Shown here piece by piece: positions 57,404-64,000 of a DNA stretch of 64,000 nt (positions within the stretch are counted from its first letter, which is position 1; every line of letters starts with the position of its first letter). Source of the stretch: Bacillales bacterium UBA784 (GTDB taxonomy: Bacteria; Bacillota_I; Bacilli_A; RFN20; CAG-288); assembly GCA_002297045.1 (NCBI GenBank), contig DBJE01000013.1:127791-191790 (forward strand), in the 5' to 3' direction. The notes under the pieces were generated by a model, which searched no databases, was not told the DNA's origin, and worked only from the letters and a program-made list of their open reading frames with translations. Position numbers and translations under genes: made by a program.

Positions 57404-58608
57404 GAGAGAACATTGTCGTCTTAGGGGCCACAGGAACAATCGGAAGCCTTACCTTATCCCTTCTTCGCTATTCCTTCGACTATTCCTTGGTCGGTATTTC
57501 TTTTTCCTCGCACTATGAAAAGAGGGAGGAATCCCTGCTTTATTTCCCTGAGCTTAAGTATGTCGGTATCGTCGATGAAAAGGCCGCCGCGGCCTTTTCC
57601 TCTCTCCACCCTTCCTATGTCGTCTTTAGCGGAAAAGATTCATCCTTAAAGGTAATTGAGGCATGCAAGGGTGCCACTGTCTTTAACTCCATCATGGGTA
57701 ATGACGGCCTTCTTCCTTCTTTGAAGGCCATAGATTTAAACCATGATCTTCTTCTTGCCAATAAGGAATCTTTGGTTATCGGCTCTTCCTTAAGGAAAAA
57801 AGCCAGGGAACACTCCTCTTCCCGCCTTTTCCCTGTCGATAGCGAGCATGTTGCCTTGGCTAAGCTCTTAGAAGAAGTCAAGGAACGGGGAATCGGCAAA
57901 AAGGCCATCCTGTCCCTAAGGATTACAGCCTCCGGGGGAGCCTTGAGAGATCTCCCTCTTAGCGCAAGGAAGGATGCCACACCGGAAAGGGTTCTCCGCC
58001 ATCCTACCTGGCAGAGGGGAAGCAAGATTACCGTCGATTCGGCAACTATGGTCAATAAGGCCTTTGAAATCAGGGAAGCGAAAGCGCTATTTCCAAGGCC
58101 AGGGAAGGTATCCTACCATGCCGTGGTTTGTAAGGAATCCCTTGTCCACGCCTTAGTCAGCTTCGTGGGCCAAGGAGGCAGAACGGAAACAATCTTTGAA
58201 TATTCTCCCTGTGATAGGCGTGTTTCTATCGCCTACGCCCTTTCCAAAGGCACCCTTCCTAGGCATAGAAACAGCCAGGAAGACAGGGAAAAAGTCAAAA
58301 AACTTCATTTTCTTCCTCTCGACCCTCTCCGCTATCCCTGCTTCCCGCTTGCCTTAAAAAGGAACTCCCTTTATGGAAACGAAGGAAGGATCTTCTTTAA
58401 TGCCGTCGACTCTTTGGCTATCTCTTCCTTCCTGAAGAAGGAAAGGGGATACCTAGACATCGGAAAATGTTTATCCTATACTTTAAATCACTTTCCCTGT
58501 GTGGAGGCTCTGACGAAAGAGAACCTTCCCCTTCTTCTCTCAAAAGCGGATGCCTTTGCCAAGGAAGTCATCGAAAAAGAGAAAAATAACACATGCCAGA
58601 ATTTTTAA
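57400..58608 (+). CDS. dxr: 1-deoxy-D-xylulose-5-phosphate reductoisomerase
   Basis: VLGATGTIGSLTL, LANKESLV, PVDSEH, ITASGGA, HPTWQ-(AGG)-GSKITVDSATMVNK. Confidence 0.92.
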   Translation: MRENIVVLGATGTIGSLTLSLLRYSFDYSLVGISFSSHYEKREESLLYFPELKYVGIVDEKAAAAFSSLHPSYVVFSGKDSSLKVIEACKGATVFNSIMGNDGLLPSLKAIDLNHDLLLANKESLVIGSSLRKKAREHSSSRLFPVDSEHVALAKLLEEVKERGIGKKAILSLRITASGGALRDLPLSARKDATPERVLRHPTWQRGSKITVDSATMVNKAFEIREAKALFPRPGKVSYHAVVCKESLVHALVSFVGQGGRTETIFEYSPCDRRVSIAYALSKGTLPRHRNSQEDREKVKKLHFLPLDPLRYPCFPLALKRNSLYGNEGRIFFNAVDSLAISSFLKKERGYLDIGKCLSYTLNHFPCVEALTKENLPLLLSKADAFAKEVIEKEKNNTCQNF

Positions 58609-59933
58609 AGACAATTTTGTACATTATCCTTTTCCTTGTCTGTCTCTCATTGGTCGTCTGCGTCCATGAGGCCGGACATCTTGCCGTAGCAAAGTTATGC
58701 AACGTCTATTGCTTTGAGTACTCCATCGGCTTCGGTCCTGCCTTTTATAAGCATAAATTCAGACACAAAGTGAAAAAGGACGGTAAGCCGGTTTTCGATG
58801 CCGACGGCAAGCCGGTCTATCGGCTTGGAGAGACACAGCTTTCTTTGCGCTGCCTTCCTTTCGGCGGATATGTCTCCATGGCCGGAGAGGACAGGGAGGC
58901 GACGGAAGACGGAACCCGGATTGAGGAAAAGAGAACCCTTAATGGGGCAAACCATGCTAAGCAGATTGCCATCAGGCTCGCCGGCATCGCAAGGAACTTC
59001 CTTCTTGCCATCCTCTTGTTCTTTGTTTCCTACCTGATGCCTCATAAGGTGAATAACTATGCGACAAACAGGGTGAACGTCGTGGAAGGGAATGCGGCCG
59101 AAAAGTATGGAAGGAAGTCCGGAGATAAAATCGTTTCCCTTTATCAGACTTACCACGTCTATAGCCAGGAGGAAAACCGGTATGTCGATATCGACTTCCC
59201 AAAGGAAAGCGACCGGGAAGAACTGACGGCCTATCTATCCTTTAACGAGGGGAAGGACACGGGTTCCTATAACGATGCCACCCATAGTTCGATTTCCTAT
59301 AGTTCCTTGAACGTCTATTCCGCTAGCGAGGCAGGACAGTTCACGCTTCCTGACGAATTCAAGTCTACCTTTGTCGACGGGAAGTCGACAAGAACCTTCC
59401 ATATCACCTATATTCCTAAGGAAAACAATCCGAATAACGAAAAGAAAACAATTCTTGTTCCTGTCGGGGTGACCCAGAACGTCGAGAAAGGGACTTACTC
59501 TTTTGACTATCTTGGCATCACCAATTGGCAGGATACGATCCATTATTCCTTTTCCCAGTCTTTTGTCGGCGCAAACAAGACCTTCGGACAGAGGTTTGTC
59601 GGTATTTACCAGGCATTAGGATCCCTTTTCACTCCTGAAGGATGGAAGAATGTCGGCGGAATCGTTTCTGTCTACCGCCTGACGACAAGCGGAGTGGAGT
59701 CCGGATCCCTTGCCAACGTCCTCTTCCTCTGGGGATATATCTCGTTGAACCTAGGCTGTTTTAACCTTCTCCCTCTTCCCGGCCTGGATGGCTGGCAGAC
59801 GAGGATTGCCCTTGGGGAGTCTGTTGCCCGGAAGAAGGCACCGACTAAGTTCAAGGCAATTGCAAACGGCATAGGAAGGGCCGTCCTTCTCATTCTTGCC
59901 GTTCTTCTTGTCGTCAAAGACTTCATTGTATAG
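58593..59933 (+). CDS. rseP: RIP site-2 metalloprotease (M50)
   Basis: HEAGHLAVAK HExxH in TM1, central PDZ-like region, C-terminal NLLPLPGLDG motif. Confidence 0.9.
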   Translation: MPEFLKTILYIILFLVCLSLVVCVHEAGHLAVAKLCNVYCFEYSIGFGPAFYKHKFRHKVKKDGKPVFDADGKPVYRLGETQLSLRCLPFGGYVSMAGEDREATEDGTRIEEKRTLNGANHAKQIAIRLAGIARNFLLAILLFFVSYLMPHKVNNYATNRVNVVEGNAAEKYGRKSGDKIVSLYQTYHVYSQEENRYVDIDFPKESDREELTAYLSFNEGKDTGSYNDATHSSISYSSLNVYSASEAGQFTLPDEFKSTFVDGKSTRTFHITYIPKENNPNNEKKTILVPVGVTQNVEKGTYSFDYLGITNWQDTIHYSFSQSFVGANKTFGQRFVGIYQALGSLFTPEGWKNVGGIVSVYRLTTSGVESGSLANVLFLWGYISLNLGCFNLLPLPGLDGWQTRIALGESVARKKAPTKFKAIANGIGRAVLLILAVLLVVKDFIV

Positions 59934-59993
59934 AACCTCTGTTGCTTCGAAAGAATCTAAAAAAGCATTCTCCGCAAAAAAGGAAAACAAAAA

Positions 59994-60024
59994 GGTGCCC
60001 AGGGACTTCCCTAGGCACCTTTTC
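59994..60024. terminator. Bidirectional terminator between rseP and hsp20
   Basis: GGTGCC-C-AGGGA-CT-TCCCT-A-GGCACC hairpin with A-rich sequence upstream and a T-run downstream. Confidence 0.85.
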
Positions 60025-60025
60025 C

Positions 60026-60517
60026 TTACTTCACTTCGATGTACTTCTCGGCATCGCTTTGCTGGACTGGTTTCTTAATCCGGACGGTAAGCAATCCGTT
60101 GTTCACACTGGCATCGATGTCCTGACGCTTGATGTCGTTGCCGACATAGAAACTACGGGTGAAGGAGCCTTCGTACCGCTCGCTATGGAGATATTTCCGT
60201 TTTCCGCCATCCTGATTGCTGTTCTTGACGATATGGGCATTGATGGAAAGATATCCCTTATCCAAAGAGATGCGGATGTTCTTCTTGTCTACTCCCGGAA
60301 CCTCGACTTCCAGCTTGTAGCCCTGCTCGTCTTCAATGATATCGGACTTCCTCACATTGGAAGGCTCTTCGTCACTGAAGCAGTCGTTCAAGAGTGACCA
60401 GAACGGATGATAGCTATTTAAGCCATAACCCTCGTTTCCGTTTCTCTGGACATGGTTCTCCTTCTGCTGGACCTGAACGTTCTTCTTTTCTTCGTTGTTC
60501 TTGAATTCCTCAGACAT
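60026..60517 (-). CDS. Small heat-shock protein (Hsp20/alpha-crystallin family)
   Basis: Alpha-crystallin domain (DIIEDEQGYKLEVEVPGVDKKNI.ISLDKGYLSI...GSFTRSFYV...ASVNNGLLTV.I). ATG 60517 follows AAAGGAGG and is preferred over track start 60550. Confidence 0.9.
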   Translation of the reverse strand: MSEEFKNNEEKKNVQVQQKENHVQRNGNEGYGLNSYHPFWSLLNDCFSDEEPSNVRKSDIIEDEQGYKLEVEVPGVDKKNIRISLDKGYLSINAHIVKNSNQDGGKRKYLHSERYEGSFTRSFYVGNDIKRQDIDASVNNGLLTVRIKKPVQQSDAEKYIEVK

Positions 60518-60543
60518 GGTAACATCCTCCTTTATTCTATTTA

Positions 60544-60570
60544 TTAGCACTCCTTATCTTCAAGTGCGAA
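60544..60570. promoter_or_regulatory. CIRCE-like inverted repeat 1 (HrcA operator type)
   Basis: TTAGCACTC-N9-AAGTGCGAA versus consensus TTAGCACTC-N9-GAGTGCTAA (left arm 9/9, right arm 7/9). Lies 27-53 nt upstream of the hsp20 ATG. Confidence 0.6.
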
Positions 60571-60589
60571 TAGTATTATAGAATAAACG

Positions 60590-60616
60590 TTAGCAAATTC
60601 AAGTGCTGAGTGCTAA
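60590..60616. promoter_or_regulatory. CIRCE-like inverted repeat 2
   Basis: TTAGCAAAT-N9-GAGTGCTAA (left arm 6/9, right arm 9/9). Confidence 0.5.
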
Positions 60617-60756
60617 AAATATTTTTAAAATTTAAAAAAGTTCCTTTATTATCGGAATATTCCGAAAAAAATATTTTTTCTTCTCCTGCCTTTTGCTTTG
60701 TCTGTTTGTTTCCCAAGGGGAAAGTCTTAAAATATTTAGGCGAGGTTTGACAATAT

Positions 60757-63700
60757 ATGGATGATCTTCTCCGCCGTTTCCTTACGAAAATCGGAATATC
60801 TGCTCTGGACTCCTTTTCCCAGGGTTCTTTTTTGGACTGCCATGTGGAAAAAGAGAGCAATCGGGTGGTCGGCACTATTCTCTTCCCCCATTATCTCGAC
60901 TATGCTTCCTATACTAGGCTGTTTGACACGATTTCCTCTTTTACGGCCAGAGGGGGCTTTGGCATTGCCTTAACCTTTAAATATAAGGATGAAGCCTTCT
61001 ATTTCCCCCGCCTTCTTGAGGAAGTCAAGGAAGCGAAGGGCTTTTCTAGGTTAGATGACGTCATTCTTTCCGACGAGGAAAAGAAGGCCGTCTTCTTTTA
61101 TTCCTCTGCCGCAGGGGCAAACGAAATTGACGAAGAGACGCGCTGGCTGAGAAATTTCCTTGATTCCATCACTTCTTCCTACCATATTCTTACCCAGGAA
61201 AAGGTCGACTATAATGACGACTTTGAGAAGAAGCAGGACGAAAACTACAAAAAGAGTGTCAGGCAGGCTGCGGAGAGAAGGGAACGGAACAAGGAGATCA
61301 ATAGGAACTATCAGCCCTGCAAGTTAAAGGACATCACCAATTTCCGCAAAGTCATCTGCTGCGGGACTATATTCAAAATCGAAGACCGTCAGACAAGAAA
61401 AAGGACGACCATCCGGAAAATCGAGTTTTCCGATGGTTCCGATTCGATATCGGCTAACCTGTTTGAAGGAAAGAGAAGGAGCCTTGAAGAACTGAGGAAA
61501 TATGACGTCGGTGTCAAGATTGAGGTCAAGGGCCAGCCGACCTACGATAAGTTCTCCCACAATGAGCTTGTCCTTTCCATCGATGAGATCAAAGTCCTTC
61601 CTCCCGACGAGCTAAGAAGGGATACCTATCCAAGAAAACGGGTCGAGCTTCATCTCCATACCAGAAGGTCCGCTTTTGACGGAGTCGCCTCTATTTCCGA
61701 TTATGCCTCCAGGGCGAAGAAATGGGGATGGAGTGCCCTTGCCGTCACCGACCACGGCGTCGTCCAGGCCTTCCCGGAAGCCCAGAAAGCCAGCAAGAAG
61801 ACAGGAATCAAGATTCTATATGGAAGCGAATTATATAGGCTCGAAGACCACTTCCGTTATATCTATAACCCCTGCGACCGGGTTCTGAAGAACGAGACCT
61901 TTGTTGTGTTCGATACCGAGACCACAGGACTTTCCTGCCGGTATGGCCGGCTGATTGAGTTCGGTGCCGTCAAGAGGGATCCCTCCGGACAGATTCTCGA
62001 CACCATCGATTTCTTCATCAATCCGGACAGGAAGCTTTCCTCTTTCTCCATTAATGTCTCCCATATCAGCCAGGAACAGGTCGACCACGGCAAGCCGATT
62101 AAGCAGGCTTTAAAGGACATCAAGGAATTCTTTAAGGATAGCATCATCGTCGCCCATAACGCCTCCTTCGACTTTGACTTCATTAATGAGGCATTGAAGA
62201 ATAACGGCAGGGAGACGCTCACTAATCCGGTCATCGACACTCTTCCTCTCTCCCGCTATCTATATCCGGAGAGGCGAAGCCACCGGGAGGAGGCCTTGGC
62301 AAGAAGGCTGCAGATTGATTTTGATTCAACCGGTGCCCACCGGGCAAATTATGATGCCGGACACCTGGCTACGATTTTCTCTTCCATGCTTTCCACTCTT
62401 GCTATACGGAATCCTGAAATAAAGACACACAAAGATTTAGCAAACCTCCCTGTCACTAAGGAAATGCTTTTGTCCTCTCATCCATACCATTGTACGGTCT
62501 ATGCCAAGAACAGGGATGGACTGAAGGATTTATACCGGATTATTTCTGAGTCCTCGACGATTTATATCGGTAAGGACCAGACTCCTTATACCCCAAAGAG
62601 CTATCTGGCCAAATACCGAAAAAACCTTCTTATCGGTTCCGCCTGCCTTAATGGTGAGGTCTGGGAGGCGGCAAGGAACAAGTCCAAGGAAGAACTGAAA
62701 AAGAAGAGGGACTTCTATGACTTTATCGAAGTCCAGCCTCCGGAGAATTATATCTACCAGGTCCATAAAGGGGAGATCGATTCTCTTGAAGAAGTCAAAA
62801 GGATCATCAAGGATGTCATTACGACCGGAAAGGAAGAGGGAAAAAGGGTGTGTGCCACAGGCGACTGCCACTATCTTAATCCCCAGGATAAAATCTACCG
62901 GGATGTCTTTATTTCCGCCAAGGGACTAAAGGGCGCACGTCATCCTCTCTGCCTTCAGCCTTACGACAATGCCTCGGAAGAGGCAAAGCAGAAATGGTAC
63001 CGTAACCCTCTTCCTAATCCAAACCAGCATCTGCGTACGACCGACGAAAGGAGGGAGTGCTTTTCCTTCCTTGGCGATAAGGCGTTAGAAGAGGAGATTG
63101 TCATTGATAATCCCTGCAAGGTATCCGATAGGATCTCCTCCGACATTAAGCCGACGAAGGATAAACTATATCCTCCGTCGATGCCAGGGTGTGAACAGAG
63201 GCTGATTGACCTTACTTACAAGACCGCCAAGGAAAGGTACGGAGATCCCCTTCCTGAAGTCATCGAACAGCGTCTGAAGACGGAGCTCGATGGTATCGTC
63301 TCCAACGGTTATTCCGTCATTTACTGGCTCTCCTCTCTCATCGTCCGATGGTCCAACACCCAAGGGTACCTGATTGGGTCGCGAGGTTCGGTCGGCTCTT
63401 CGTTGGTTGCGACAAGGTCCGGGATTACCGAAGTGAATCCTCTTCCTCCCCATTACCGCTGCCCGAACTGCCACCATCTGGAGTGGATTAGTGATCAGAG
63501 CGTAGACTCCGGCTTTGACCTTCCGGCGAAGAAGTGTCCTAAGTGCGGGGAAGAAAGGATAAAGGACGGCCAGAACATTCCTTTCGCCACCTTCCTCGGC
63601 TTTCATGCCGAGAAGGTTCCCGATATCGACCTGAACTTCCCTTCCGACTTCCAGTCGATTGCCCATGAGCATAGGAAGGAAAGGCTGAATAAGACCGGAA

Positions 63701-64000
63701 ACCACTGCTATAAAGCAGGAACCATTCAGACTGCGCAGGAAAAGAATGCCAGAGGCTATGTCCTTGGCTATTTCGAATCCTTAGGCAAAGATACGAGCAA
63801 AATCCGAAATGCGGAGCTAGACCACATCGCCAATGGGTGTGTGGGGACAAAGCGGTCTACCGGACAGCATCCGGGAGGCGTTATTGTCATTCCGGCGGGA
63901 AGGGAGGCCTATGACTTCACTCCTGTCCAGTACCCTGCCGACGACCCTAATTCCACCTGGAGGACGACCCATTATGACTTCCACGCCATCCACGACAATG
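60757..64000 (+). CDS. polC: DNA polymerase III PolC-type, N-terminal ~1081 codons; continues beyond the window
   Basis: The frame is open from ATG 60757 to the window end. It is absent from the ORF track because no stop is reached. It contains an OB-fold region, PHP motif HLHT-R-(AGG)-S, exonuclease motifs FVVFDTETTG and VAHNASFDFDF, GSRGSVGSSLVAT-(AGG)-SGITEVNPLPPHY, Zn finger CPNC...CPKC, and DIDLNF. Confidence 0.95.
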   Translation, partial: MDDLLRRFLTKIGISALDSFSQGSFLDCHVEKESNRVVGTILFPHYLDYASYTRLFDTISSFTARGGFGIALTFKYKDEAFYFPRLLEEVKEAKGFSRLDDVILSDEEKKAVFFYSSAAGANEIDEETRWLRNFLDSITSSYHILTQEKVDYNDDFEKKQDENYKKSVRQAAERRERNKEINRNYQPCKLKDITNFRKVICCGTIFKIEDRQTRKRTTIRKIEFSDGSDSISANLFEGKRRSLEELRKYDVGVKIEVKGQPTYDKFSHNELVLSIDEIKVLPPDELRRDTYPRKRVELHLHTRRSAFDGVASISDYASRAKKWGWSALAVTDHGVVQAFPEAQKASKKTGIKILYGSELYRLEDHFRYIYNPCDRVLKNETFVVFDTETTGLSCRYGRLIEFGAVKRDPSGQILDTIDFFINPDRKLSSFSINVSHISQEQVDHGKPIKQALKDIKEFFKDSIIVAHNASFDFDFINEALKNNGRETLTNPVIDTLPLSRYLYPERRSHREEALARRLQIDFDSTGAHRANYDAGHLATIFSSMLSTLAIRNPEIKTHKDLANLPVTKEMLLSSHPYHCTVYAKNRDGLKDLYRIISESSTIYIGKDQTPYTPKSYLAKYRKNLLIGSACLNGEVWEAARNKSKEELKKKRDFYDFIEVQPPENYIYQVHKGEIDSLEEVKRIIKDVITTGKEEGKRVCATGDCHYLNPQDKIYRDVFISAKGLKGARHPLCLQPYDNASEEAKQKWYRNPLPNPNQHLRTTDERRECFSFLGDKALEEEIVIDNPCKVSDRISSDIKPTKDKLYPPSMPGCEQRLIDLTYKTAKERYGDPLPEVIEQRLKTELDGIVSNGYSVIYWLSSLIVRWSNTQGYLIGSRGSVGSSLVATRSGITEVNPLPPHYRCPNCHHLEWISDQSVDSGFDLPAKKCPKCGEERIKDGQNIPFATFLGFHAEKVPDIDLNFPSDFQSIAHEHRKERLNKTGNHCYKAGTIQTAQEKNARGYVLGYFESLGKDTSKIRNAELDHIANGCVGTKRSTGQHPGGVIVIPAGREAYDFTPVQYPADDPNSTWRTTHYDFHAIHDN

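Noticed and set aside
60761-63850. Short ORFs listed in the track across 60.7-64.0 kb (e.g. 60761..60973+, 61863..62240-, 63166..63705-)
   Set aside because: The real gene is polC, in the frame starting at ATG 60757. It is missing from the track only because it has no stop inside the window. The listed ORFs are off-frame or antisense shadows.

Overview
This is a 64-kb chromosomal segment from a Firmicutes/Bacilli-type organism with Mollicutes-like traits: PolC, an rpsB-tsf-pyrH-frr-cdsA-dxr-rseP-polC backbone, many lipoproteins, and Opp ATPases carrying inserts. It encodes ppk-ppx, a MarR regulator with a heterodimeric ABC exporter, a large modular lipoprotein, an ECF S-component with coaX, and a five-gene Opp/Dpp-type peptide importer. 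It also encodes nrdG-nrdD, a Zur-type regulated metal ABC importer, a hypB / Fe-S flavoprotein / hypA cluster, MATE and ABC-2 exporters, glpQ + MFS + HAD, and two tRNAs (Arg-UCG, Glu-CUC). Several genes are decayed and there is an IS3 remnant. The main finding is a changed genetic code. AGG codons sit at invariant Met positions in more than 10 unrelated conserved proteins, while AGA and CGN carry the conserved Arg, so AGG = Met here. The supplied ORF-track proteins are therefore wrong at every AGG, which they show as R. The second finding is an accessory stretch abutting the 3' end of tRNA-Glu. It carries a membrane-anchored McrB-like AAA+ NTPase paired with a McrC/DUF2357-like protein that lacks a recognisable nuclease and ends in a Zn-ribbon, which makes it a candidate defence module. 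The same stretch has a small membrane-protein gene whose promoter spacer is a G9 homopolymer. Further observations: three tandem lipoprotein paralogues around tRNA-Arg, each disrupted differently; NrdD with a C-terminal glutaredoxin-like fusion; and CIRCE-like operators on an hsp20 inserted into the conserved cluster. No CRISPR array or rRNA was seen.
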